Shown here piece by piece: positions 17,437 through 26,450 of a DNA stretch of 28,852 nucleotides (the stretch's first letter is position 1; each line of letters opens with the position of its first letter). The DNA lies in the NCBI GenBank assembly GCA_046318155.1, contig JBKCUU010000111.1:1-28852 (forward strand). Direction: 5' to 3'. A program made the translations under genes and the position numbers. A model generated the notes under the pieces. The model saw only the letters and a program-made list of their open reading frames with translations. It ran no database searches and had not been told where the DNA came from. The DNA is from Bdellovibrio sp. GTDB lineage: Bacteria > Bdellovibrionota > Bdellovibrionia > Bdellovibrionales > Bdellovibrionaceae.

Positions 17437-18621
17437 GTGAGACTTCTACTTTTAGTCTTAATGGCGGTGGCGGCTATTCCGGTTTGGGGACAAACAGGGA
17501 GCGTCAGAATTCCTACGACCGTCAACTCCGAAGGCGGCGGCGGCGAGGTCGCGCCGGTCCCGGCGAGCTCGAACGTCACGGTCACCTATCGTGATCGTAT
17601 TGTTGTGCGGTTGACGAATAGTTGCTTTGCAACAAACTTAAGAAGTGTCAGCAACCCCGTGTCTCCCTATGGCACGATTGCGGCAGATATGACTTTAGAA
17701 GCGGCCGGCATTACCCACACTATTGGCGTCAGCTACCCGGGTCAGGCTGTTTCCGTTGCCGGCAACGGCGTCCAGACGCCGACAACACTCTCAGGCGCGT
17801 CTTTGCGTGGACCAAGTGGCACAACAGGAAGTGTTTACGGCAACACCGTCCAGCTTGTCGTTCCTGTCACGTTTAGTTCGACCACAGATGGCGCCGGCAA
17901 CATCACTCAAACTCCGAAAAGAATCAGCGTGAAAAGTGCGGCCTTCAGTCAAATTGTCGATTGCTCGACAAACAATTGTGGAACCTACATGGGTCAAAAC
18001 GGACCCTTGAGTGGCAACATCGGTAATGCCGTGGCATCAGCCGACAATTCAACCATCGAAATCAACGTCGCCTTTCCTGGCCAGACTGGCTTCTGTGGCG
18101 GCTGGTTTTCTCCGTTGATGGTTTTTCAAGATGACGCCCGTCCGCAATTTACTGGCGTGACTGATTTTCCTCTGCACGACTTCGGCAAAACCTATTGGCC
18201 CGAAGCCGGTAGCCCCGGCGCATTCATCGCTTTTGATCGAGATAAAAATGGTAAAATCGACAAACGCGATGAGCTCTTTGGAGATTCAGACAAAGCTAAA
18301 AATGGTTTCGAGGCCTTTCGCGACATCGACAGCAACAAAGATGGATGGATCGACAGCAAGGACAAAAACTTTAGGCATCTGGTGTTGTGGAGAGATAAGA
18401 ACGGCAATGGGATCTCCGAAAAAGGTGAGCTCGTGAAGCTTTCAAAAACAATTGAAAAAATCTCACTGAATTATTCAAAAGGCCACCTGCGGCCGATCGG
18501 GTTACATGCCGAGGAGCGCGAAGTCGCGGCCGCGCACCTCACGAACAAGAAAACAATTCAGGTCGTCGACATGTGGTTTGCTCCCTATCTGAAATCAAAC
18601 GGGAAATTGTCAGGTCTCTGA
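17437..18621 (+). CDS. Secreted protein with a C-terminal FrpC self-processing-module (SPM)-like Ca2+-binding domain
   Basis: Signal peptide; Ser/Thr/Gly-rich beta region; SPLMVF...FIAFDRDKNGKIDKRDELFGD...NGFEAFRDIDSNKDGWIDSKDKNFRHLVLWRDKNGNGISEKGEL. Confidence 0.8.
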   Translation: MRLLLLVLMAVAAIPVWGQTGSVRIPTTVNSEGGGGEVAPVPASSNVTVTYRDRIVVRLTNSCFATNLRSVSNPVSPYGTIAADMTLEAAGITHTIGVSYPGQAVSVAGNGVQTPTTLSGASLRGPSGTTGSVYGNTVQLVVPVTFSSTTDGAGNITQTPKRISVKSAAFSQIVDCSTNNCGTYMGQNGPLSGNIGNAVASADNSTIEINVAFPGQTGFCGGWFSPLMVFQDDARPQFTGVTDFPLHDFGKTYWPEAGSPGAFIAFDRDKNGKIDKRDELFGDSDKAKNGFEAFRDIDSNKDGWIDSKDKNFRHLVLWRDKNGNGISEKGELVKLSKTIEKISLNYSKGHLRPIGLHAEEREVAAAHLTNKKTIQVVDMWFAPYLKSNGKLSGL

Positions 18622-18642
18622 TCACAAAAATATTTTCTGAAC

Positions 18643-20295
18643 TCAAGCACCCAAGCCTAACAAGAATTTTTTGATATCGATGTCAAACGGTGTCGCGACA
18701 CCGTTTGCCGGCGAAGGAGTCAAAAGCTCGTCGAGGCTAAAATCCATCCTCAGATCATAGCGACGGATGTGCTGATTGCGAAGACGCTGCTCACGCGTGT
18801 ACCAGAGGCGCTTAATTTGCGAATCACCACAAGTCTGGAGCTCCCAAGAACTTGCGCCCCAGCGCAGCTCGACGCAGTGGTAGGGATCAAACGACAACGC
18901 AAACAAACGCTGACGAATTTGCTCCAAATTTAAAGTGACTCCCTGACCCGCACTGTTCGTATAGGTCATCTGACAACGCGTGCTTTCAGCGTTGTAAACA
19001 TCTAACAGTTCGCGCGGCAGATTGGGCCCCGTGTAAACGACTGAAGGATCTTTAGCCGCAATTTTTTTCATGTAACCATCGGCTTGATCCAATAAGTCAC
19101 GAAACGAAACTTTAAGCTGTGCATCTCGAGAGGGCGTTGAATACGTCTCCCATTCGCCTTGAGTCCCATAAATATTTTCGGGTAACCGGGTGGGGTGCTC
19201 TTTATTTTGGATCCCCGCTTTGATCGCAACATCCACGGCCAGAACCCGATCTTGCACCGATTGGCAAAGATCCTCAAGCGTCGATCTAAAATCATCAACG
19301 GGCAAAATCCGCAATTCACCCTTGGCGAGCTTGAGCCGTGCATACTCATAATAGCTCACAGCCCGGCCCTTGTAGGTAAAACGCGCCTGCGTCCAATCCG
19401 CAGCATTGCCCTCGGTTCCAAAAAACTGCTCGGTTCCATAATGCGCTAAACTTTGATTGGGAACGGTTTCAATTCTGCCGCCGAGCCAAATCCCTTGGGC
19501 ATTTTGAGACGCACCGACCAACTTGACGGGGCGCCAGTTTTTAAAGCCGGCACCTTGTCCTGGCTGCGAGCGAACAAACTTAATCGAAAAAGCCCCTGTC
19601 GTGAGCGAGTTGTCAGGGTGCGCATCGACGTAGTAAACTTTGCCATCATCGGTGATTTTATAAACCATCGTGACATGCCCATTGGGATCATACAAAATCG
19701 TGCCGGGCACGATCGCCTCGCGGTCGAGCTTAACAGGATAAAAATCGGCAAAGAGCGCGCCCGTGTCGTTGCCTTTATAGTTGACGCGAAAATTGCCTGA
19801 ATCTGTCTGATTCGGAATCTGATTGTTAAAGAGGTCGATGGCGTTGGCGAAAGACCCATTTCGAGTGACGACGTCGATCTTTTTAGACACTTCGTTGCCC
19901 TGGGCCGAGTAGCGCAAATCACCGCGGTTGCCGGGGACGTTTCGCAGCTTCATGTCGCTCGCAAAAGAAAAGGGCAGGCCATTTTTGAACGCAAAATACC
20001 CGCGCACAAAATACGGAAAGTCGGCGCAGTCAGCATAATAACGAAGGCCTGCGGGATCTGAAACGCGGTAGGTATTGGCCGCTGAATTAAAGCACTGAGT
20101 GACCGTGCGGCAGCTTCGGGTTTCGACCGTCTCACCTAGGCGCTGGACAAAAGCTTGAAAGTTTTTTTCATCGCCCGACGACCAATTTGTTTTGAGAATT
20201 TTCCAAGCAGAAGAGTTTTGCGCCAGAACAGGATGACAGCTGTAAGCGCTCATCGTCATGGCTGAGAGGACACAAATTTTGAGGAAAGAAGGCAT
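18643..20295 (-). CDS. Secreted hypothetical protein with putative papain-like (NlpC/P60-type) Cys-His dyad
   Basis: Signal peptide; ADCADFPY and PGTILYDPNGHVTMV...YYVDAH motifs; multiple Cys in the C-terminal half. Confidence 0.6.
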   Translation of the reverse strand: MPSFLKICVLSAMTMSAYSCHPVLAQNSSAWKILKTNWSSGDEKNFQAFVQRLGETVETRSCRTVTQCFNSAANTYRVSDPAGLRYYADCADFPYFVRGYFAFKNGLPFSFASDMKLRNVPGNRGDLRYSAQGNEVSKKIDVVTRNGSFANAIDLFNNQIPNQTDSGNFRVNYKGNDTGALFADFYPVKLDREAIVPGTILYDPNGHVTMVYKITDDGKVYYVDAHPDNSLTTGAFSIKFVRSQPGQGAGFKNWRPVKLVGASQNAQGIWLGGRIETVPNQSLAHYGTEQFFGTEGNAADWTQARFTYKGRAVSYYEYARLKLAKGELRILPVDDFRSTLEDLCQSVQDRVLAVDVAIKAGIQNKEHPTRLPENIYGTQGEWETYSTPSRDAQLKVSFRDLLDQADGYMKKIAAKDPSVVYTGPNLPRELLDVYNAESTRCQMTYTNSAGQGVTLNLEQIRQRLFALSFDPYHCVELRWGASSWELQTCGDSQIKRLWYTREQRLRNQHIRRYDLRMDFSLDELLTPSPANGVATPFDIDIKKFLLGLGA

Positions 20296-20400
20296 AAATG
20301 GCTCCCTGGGTAAAGACAGGATTGCTTCTAGGCACCTTCCTCCAGGGGGCTCAACAGATTTAAAAATGCCTTACAGATTTTACAACCACGTCAGCCGACG

Positions 20401-21795
20401 TTAAGTCCGCTTGTAGTCATCTTGATACCGAATGATGTCGTCTTCACCGAAATAAGTCCCTAATTGCACTTCGATGAACTCAAGTGGTGCCGAATTGGGA
20501 TTGCGAATGCGGTGCTTGGCTCCCAACGGAATCTTGACATAGCTGCCGGCCTGAACCGGAGTGATCTCGCCGTTGATCACGACCTCACCTGCCCCCCGCA
20601 CCATGATCCAGTGTTCTTCGCGTTTTGCGTGAGACTGGTACGAGATTTGTGATTTTGCGTTAACCACGATGACTTTTGATTTGAAATGCTCTTTGTCACG
20701 CAAGACTTCAAACCGGCCCCATGGTCGTTCTTCAAACACATGCTCGTTCGCCAGCTTCGGATCTTCGGCTTTCAGGTACTCAACCACCGTCTTCACGTCT
20801 TGCGTATTGCCTTTCGATGAAATCAAAAGCGCATCCTCGGTATCAACGACAATCAAGTCTTCAACACCGACAAGAGCGTAACGCTTGTCGCGCGAGGGAA
20901 GCACAAAATTATTTTTTGAATTCACTTCGAACGGCGTGCCGCGGGTACGGCCCGTACGCTCATAAACTTCGGCGACCGCATCCCAGGACCCCACATCACT
21001 CCACCCTGGATCGCAAGGGACGCAAAGCAGCTCTTCACCCGAGAGTTTTTCGATGATGGCGTAATCGATACTGATCGAAGGCATTTTGGCATAAATGTCT
21101 TTGATGTTTGAACGGTCGACCTTAAGCCCCGAAACGCTCTGCCAGATCTGCGGCTGATACTTTTTAAAAAGATCGATCATCAACTGCACGGGAAAGACAA
21201 AAATTCCGGCATTCCAAAAATACGAGCCATCCGACAAAAATTGGCGTGCCGTTGCCGCATCGGGCTTCTCGTGAAACTTCACAACCGAAAAACTCGAGAG
21301 CTGCTCGTTGTAAGAATGCGGAAGCCGTTGCGTTTGAATATAGCCGTATCCCGTCTCGGGAGTTTTGGGCTTGAGACCGAGCGTGACAACTTTACCTTGC
21401 TTGGCCCCTTTTTCGGCCAAATCTAAAGCCGACAAAAAAACATCGAGATTATCGACCAAGTGGTCGGCCGGAAACACACCGACGACTTCATTTTGCAAAC
21501 CCTTGAGTTCTAAAACTTTGCAAAGAACGGCAATCGCGGGCGCCGTATTTTTACCTTGCGGCTCATACACGATTTCGACTTGCGGAAAACCAGCCTCGAT
21601 TGCTTTTTTCTCGGTAAAATCTCGAAGAGCAATCGACGTGATAATCATCGGTGCGGGGCCAAAGCTGGCTAAACGTTTGAGCGTCAAGTTTTGCAACGGC
21701 TCTTCAAACAGATCGTTAAACTGTTTTGGAAACTTCGCGCGCGAAATGGGCCAAAGGCGCGTTCCGCTTCCACCTGATAAAATCACTGGGATCAT
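20401..21795 (-). CDS. manC: Mannose-1-phosphate guanylyltransferase / mannose-6-phosphate isomerase
   Basis: PVILSGGSGTRLWPISR, PKQF, EPQGKNTAPAI, ADH, FHEKP, WNAGIF, SIDYA, WSDVGSW and cupin ERPWG...QSHAKREEHW; GAGGA RBS before ATG 21795. Confidence 0.96.
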   Translation of the reverse strand: MIPVILSGGSGTRLWPISRAKFPKQFNDLFEEPLQNLTLKRLASFGPAPMIITSIALRDFTEKKAIEAGFPQVEIVYEPQGKNTAPAIAVLCKVLELKGLQNEVVGVFPADHLVDNLDVFLSALDLAEKGAKQGKVVTLGLKPKTPETGYGYIQTQRLPHSYNEQLSSFSVVKFHEKPDAATARQFLSDGSYFWNAGIFVFPVQLMIDLFKKYQPQIWQSVSGLKVDRSNIKDIYAKMPSISIDYAIIEKLSGEELLCVPCDPGWSDVGSWDAVAEVYERTGRTRGTPFEVNSKNNFVLPSRDKRYALVGVEDLIVVDTEDALLISSKGNTQDVKTVVEYLKAEDPKLANEHVFEERPWGRFEVLRDKEHFKSKVIVVNAKSQISYQSHAKREEHWIMVRGAGEVVINGEITPVQAGSYVKIPLGAKHRIRNPNSAPLEFIEVQLGTYFGEDDIIRYQDDYKRT

Positions 21796-22044
21796 CAATT
21801 CCTCATGCAAATCTGCGGCTTTTTAGCCGCTGTTTGACCGACTGTCTTATTTTGCCCGCCTGACGGCCTCGAGCAAGGGCGGTCACAGGGCCCTTTGTGT
21901 TCAGAAAACAACGGGGCCAGAGTACAAAAAGGCTCGGAGAATGTCGACCTCGCTCTGCGAAATGTCGGGACCCGCAAAGCAAGAATGGACAGCCCCGGCC
22001 TCCAAGGCGATACTCAACCTGAAGTTACATCAGGAGGAGCATCC

Positions 22045-23163
22045 ATGTCTCAGATTCCTTTTATCGATCTGAAAGCCCAGTATAAAGCCCTAAAACCAAA
22101 AATCGACGCCCGCATCATGGCTGTTCTCGAACACGGCGCCTACGTGAATGGCCCCGAGGTCGCCGAACTCGAAGCCAAACTCGCGGCGTTCACCGGCACC
22201 AAGTACTGCTTGGCGTGTGCCAGCGGAACCGACGCGCTGATGATCCCTATGATGGCGCTCGGTATCGGTGAGGGCGATGAAGTGATCACCACCGCTTTTT
22301 CGTTTATTGCAACCGCCGAAACGATCGTTCTTGTGGGTGCAACCCCGGTCTACATCGATATCGATCCCGTCACTTTTAACATGGACCCCAAAAAAATTGA
22401 GGCCGCGATCACGCCCAAGACAAAAGCAATCGTGCCGGTTTCTTTGTACGGACAAATGGCCGATATGGACGCGATCAATGCGATCGCAAAAAAACACAAT
22501 TTGTTCGTGCTTGAAGACAACTCGCAAAGATTTGGTGCAAATTATCAGGGCCAACGCTCGGGTTCGATGACCATTGCTTCGGGCTCTAGCTTCTTTCCGG
22601 CAAAGCCTTTGGGTTGTTATGGTGATGGCGGCGCCGTTTTCACGAACGACGATAAACTTTTTACCGTCATGAAAGAGATTCGCGAACACGGATCTGAAAC
22701 TCGCTATTACCACACGCGCCTTGGAATCAATGGGCGCTTGGACACGCTTCAGTGCGCCATTCTGTTGGCAAAAATGGAACGTTACGAGTGGGAGATTGCG
22801 GCTCGGCAAAAAGTGGCTGAACGATACACCGGGGCCTTTGCCTCGATCAAAGCCGAAGGCTTTTCGACTCCCAAAGTGATGCCAGGCCAAGACAGTGTCT
22901 GGGCCCAGTACACACTCACCGTGCGTGACCGTGCTGGCTTTCAAAAGCGCATGACAGAGCTGGGCTGCCCCACGTCGATTCACTACCCGCGAATTATGCC
23001 CGAGCAACCTTGGTACAAAGCCAACCTCAAGTCGCCTCAGCATGACTGGAGCAAAGCACGCTGGGCCGCCGAGAGCGTCATCAGCCTTCCGATGTATCCT
23101 GATATGGATGAAGCGACTCAAGACAAAGTCATCGATTCGGTGAAAAAGGCGCTTGGCGTTTAA
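22045..23163 (+). CDS. DegT/DnrJ/EryC1/StrS-family sugar aminotransferase (WbpE-like)
   Basis: IPFIDLKAQY, SGTDAL, SFFPAKPLGCYGDGG (PLP lysine), GINGRLDTLQCA, SLPMYP; AGGAGG RBS. Confidence 0.93.
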   Translation: MSQIPFIDLKAQYKALKPKIDARIMAVLEHGAYVNGPEVAELEAKLAAFTGTKYCLACASGTDALMIPMMALGIGEGDEVITTAFSFIATAETIVLVGATPVYIDIDPVTFNMDPKKIEAAITPKTKAIVPVSLYGQMADMDAINAIAKKHNLFVLEDNSQRFGANYQGQRSGSMTIASGSSFFPAKPLGCYGDGGAVFTNDDKLFTVMKEIREHGSETRYYHTRLGINGRLDTLQCAILLAKMERYEWEIAARQKVAERYTGAFASIKAEGFSTPKVMPGQDSVWAQYTLTVRDRAGFQKRMTELGCPTSIHYPRIMPEQPWYKANLKSPQHDWSKARWAAESVISLPMYPDMDEATQDKVIDSVKKALGV

Positions 23164-23187
23164 TACAAAGTTTGCGAGAACTGAGTC

Positions 23188-24039
23188 ATGACTGGATTTA
23201 AAGCTCTCGCAAAACCTGTGGTGATGACTCATTCCTCTGGCACATTTACCTGGGGGGATGGCAAATCATTCGTTCTCTTTGCGGGGCCCGATATCATCGA
23301 AGATGAAGGCATGGTTCTCGAAACCGGTCGCGAAATTCAGCGCGTCTGCAAATCACTGGGCATTTCTTGGGTTCTGAAATGCTCCTTTGATAAAGCCAAC
23401 CGCCAATCAGCCACCAGCTTTCGCGGCCCCGGCACAAACTCGGCCTTGGACTCTTTGAACAAAATCAAAGGTGAACTGGGCTGCCCGCTTTTGACCGACG
23501 TTCACGAGACTATTCAGGTGCAAGAAACAGCAAAAGTGGCAGACGTGATCCAGATCCCTGCTTTTTTGTCGCGCCAAACAGATTTGATGGTGGCGGCCGC
23601 AAAAACCGGCAAAGTCATTCACATCAAAAAAGGTCAGTTCTTAGCGCCGTGGGATATGAAAGCGATCGCCGCAAAAGCCGTGAACGCCGGCAATTCAAAG
23701 GTTTTACTGTGTGAGCGCGGGACGACTTTTGGTTACAACCGTTTGATCAATGATATGACCGGCTTGGTTGATATGCGAAACCTCGGCTTTCCAGTTGTCA
23801 TGGACTGCACTCACTCGACCCAGCTTCCGGGCGCCACCGGCGAGAGTTCGGGCGGGCGTGGTGAAATGGTGTGGCCCTTAGCCCGAGCCGCCATGGCTGT
23901 GGGCGTGGATGGGATCTTTATTGAGACACATCCCAATCCCGAAAAAGCCCTTTGCGATGGTCCGACTTCGCTGCCTTTACGCAATCTTGAGACTCTCTTG
24001 AAAAATCTCATTGCGATACAAAAGACGCACCAGCTTTAA
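23188..24039 (+). CDS. kdsA: 3-deoxy-8-phosphooctulonate (KDO8P) synthase
   Basis: SFDKANR, FRGPG, TDVHE, QIPAFLSRQTDL, KKGQF, LCERG, DCTHSTQLPG, ETHPNP and CDG motifs. Confidence 0.92.
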   Translation: MTGFKALAKPVVMTHSSGTFTWGDGKSFVLFAGPDIIEDEGMVLETGREIQRVCKSLGISWVLKCSFDKANRQSATSFRGPGTNSALDSLNKIKGELGCPLLTDVHETIQVQETAKVADVIQIPAFLSRQTDLMVAAAKTGKVIHIKKGQFLAPWDMKAIAAKAVNAGNSKVLLCERGTTFGYNRLINDMTGLVDMRNLGFPVVMDCTHSTQLPGATGESSGGRGEMVWPLARAAMAVGVDGIFIETHPNPEKALCDGPTSLPLRNLETLLKNLIAIQKTHQL

Positions 24040-24101
24040 GCCGGCCCTCTTTTTATTTTATATCTCTTCGCGATGGGTTGCCAACGCCCCGAGGGCCGGA
24101 C

Positions 24102-24198
24102 GCGATTTTCGTTTTTCACTTTTTTTAAAAAGAAAACTCAAGAGACGCCGGCCAAAGAAATTGAAACGGCCCGCGGTCGTTTTGAGGAGATGCTATGA
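24102..24198 (+). pseudogene. 3' remnant of a RelE/Gp49(HigB)-like toxin gene
   Basis: AIFVFHFF, then a frameshift in a T7 run (24120-24126), then KKKTQETPAKEIETARGRFEEML*. This matches the HxFxKKTQKTPxxEI C-terminal motif. ATGA overlap with the next gene. Confidence 0.75.
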
Positions 24199-24497
24199 AA
24201 TCCTATTTTGAAGCAAAAAAAAATTGAGAAGAACTTTGCGCTTTACTAGGACTTCCCGAAACCGAAGCTCCTAAATTACGAATCCGTTTGGATTTGGCTA
24301 AGGCTATTCGCCGTGTTATCGAGAAAAAAGATCTCACCCATGCTGGCGCCTCGGTAAAAACGGGAGTTGGTCGTACAGCGATTACGGCGATCATGATCGA
24401 TGGCGTCGACCACGTCTTTACCAACTCCAACTTCCTTCGCTTGCACCGGCTTCTTGACGCGGCTGGCGAGCCAGAGTTACATCTGATCCACCGATGA
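24195..24497 (+). pseudogene. XRE/HigA-like HTH antitoxin with an in-frame stop
   Basis: GAGGAG RBS; MKSYFEAKKN*EELCALLGLPETEAPKLRIRLDLAKAIRRVIEKKDLTHAGASVKTGVGRTAITAIM; TGA at 24225-24227. Confidence 0.72.
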
Positions 24498-26329
24498 ATC
24501 TCTTGCAACTTCAAAATGGCTATAAGCACTTTGGAACAAAAACTTTGTTTGAAGGCGCCAGCTTTGCTTTGCAAGAAGGCGAACACGTCGGCGTGATCGG
24601 CCCCAATGGGGCGGGCAAAACAACTCTGTTTAAAATTTTGGCCAACCAAGATTCACTGGATGAAGGTGAAATCACCAAGTCTTCAAAGCTGCGTCTCGCG
24701 TACCTGGAGCAAGAGGCGGATTGGGCGCTTGATCTCAAGGTCGAAGATTTTTTGACCAAGAACTGCATCAAGCCGATTTGGGAGCTCAAGCAAATTGGTC
24801 TGGACATCGGGCTGAACGAGACCCACTTTCAATCACCGCTCAAATCTTTGAGTGGTGGGTACCGCATGCGGGTCAAACTGCTTTCGATGATCGGGCAAGA
24901 ACCCAACTTGATGCTGCTGGATGAGCCCACCAACTTTTTGGATCTTGAAAGCGTGCTCGCTCTCGAAAAGTTTTTGCAAAACTATGAAGGTGCGTTTTTG
25001 TTGATCTCGCATGACCGCGAATTTTTGCGCCGCACGACCGAGTCCACACTTGAGGTTGAAGCCGGTGATATCACCAAATTTCCGGGTCACATTGACGATT
25101 ACTTCGAGCAAAAGGCCGAACTGCGCACCCAGCTCGAGGCACAGGCGGCCAATAGCGAGGCCAAACGCAAACACCTGCAATCGTTTGTCGATCGCTTTCG
25201 CGCGAAAGCAACAAAAGCCAAGCAGGCGCAAAGCCGTCTCAAGCAGCTGGATAAAATGGAGCTCATTGAAATCAAAGATCTCCCCGTTCGCAGTCACATC
25301 AAAATCCCCGTGCCCTCGCACACGGGCCGCGAGATTTTAAAACTGACGGATGCGGAGCTTGGATACCCCGGCAAAACAGTTCTTAAAAATGTGCAGCTGC
25401 GCCTAGAGCGCGGCGTTCATTTGGGGGTTGTGGGTCACAATGGCGCGGGGAAGTCGACGCTGCTCAAATCTTTGTCGGAGGCTTTGCCCTTGCTCTCGGG
25501 CGAGCACAAGCTTGGGTATCAGGTCAGCCTGGCGCTGTACTCGCAGCACTCAACCGAGCAGCTCGATGTGAATGACAGCGTGATCCAATCTTTGCAAAGC
25601 GCCGCGCACCCCGATTGCCTGGCCCAAGATATCTTGGCGATGGCCGGGTCTTTGTTGTTTTCGGGCGATGATATTCACAAAAAAGTAAAAGTTCTGTCGG
25701 GCGGCGAAAAGTCACGCGTGGCCCTTGGTCAAGTTCTGCTGAAGCGCTGTCCTCTGCTGCTGCTCGATGAACCGACCAATCACCTGGACTTTGAAACGGT
25801 TGAGGCTCTGACCGAATCCTTGCGCGCCTATCAAGGCACCATTATTGTAGTCAGCCACGACCGCAGCTTTATCGGCCGGGTCGCCACGCAAATATTAGAA
25901 ATCAAAAATCAGAGCTTGGACCTTTATCCAGGGACTTATGACGACTATGTATGGAGTCTACAAAAAGGCAACTGGGGTTCTTTGCCGGCCGTCCAAGCTG
26001 GGGGTCTTCGTCCCTCCGCCTCGAGCGGCTCCGAGAAGGATGAGGCGTTTAAATTTAATTACCGAGACCGCATCAAAGAGATCAATGGCCGGATCAAAGA
26101 CTACCGCCGCAAAATCTCGAAATGCGAAGAACTGCTACTTTTTCAGTCACAAAACCGTGAAAAGATCCTGGCCCAGCTCTTATCCGCGCAGGGACCGCGG
26201 GCCGCTGACCTTGCGAAAGAGTTGAACCTCGGCTCGGCCGAAATTGATCGACTCGAAGAGGATTTGCTCAGGCACCTTGAAGATCTTGAGGCCGCTGAAA
26301 AAGATCTGACAAAAATCCAGGATTCATAA
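24494..26329 (+). CDS. ABC-F family ATP-binding protein (YheS/Uup-like)
   Basis: Two ABC domains (GPNGAGKT/LSGG/LLDEPTN and GHNGAGKS/LSGGE/LLDEPTN), linker FRAKATKAKQAQSR, C-terminal coiled coil, no TM segments. Confidence 0.95.
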   Translation: MNLLQLQNGYKHFGTKTLFEGASFALQEGEHVGVIGPNGAGKTTLFKILANQDSLDEGEITKSSKLRLAYLEQEADWALDLKVEDFLTKNCIKPIWELKQIGLDIGLNETHFQSPLKSLSGGYRMRVKLLSMIGQEPNLMLLDEPTNFLDLESVLALEKFLQNYEGAFLLISHDREFLRRTTESTLEVEAGDITKFPGHIDDYFEQKAELRTQLEAQAANSEAKRKHLQSFVDRFRAKATKAKQAQSRLKQLDKMELIEIKDLPVRSHIKIPVPSHTGREILKLTDAELGYPGKTVLKNVQLRLERGVHLGVVGHNGAGKSTLLKSLSEALPLLSGEHKLGYQVSLALYSQHSTEQLDVNDSVIQSLQSAAHPDCLAQDILAMAGSLLFSGDDIHKKVKVLSGGEKSRVALGQVLLKRCPLLLLDEPTNHLDFETVEALTESLRAYQGTIIVVSHDRSFIGRVATQILEIKNQSLDLYPGTYDDYVWSLQKGNWGSLPAVQAGGLRPSASSGSEKDEAFKFNYRDRIKEINGRIKDYRRKISKCEELLLFQSQNREKILAQLLSAQGPRAADLAKELNLGSAEIDRLEEDLLRHLEDLEAAEKDLTKIQDS

Positions 26330-26450
26330 AGCCTAGACGGCACACCCATGAAAGCCGTCCCGCGACACGTCTGGCGGAGGCATGGCTTTTCATTTATCCT
26401 GAACAGACTCATAAAGAAGTTAACAAAAACCACAACGAAAGGGTTTTTAA

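Noticed and set aside
22510..22540. EDNSQRFG in the aminotransferase instead of the usual EDAAQ
   Set aside because: The PLP-contacting Asp and Gln and the catalytic Lys motif are retained, so this is ordinary variation.
22090..23232. 380-aa antisense ORF
   Set aside because: Lies opposite the clear DegT aminotransferase and has no recognisable motifs; antisense shadow.
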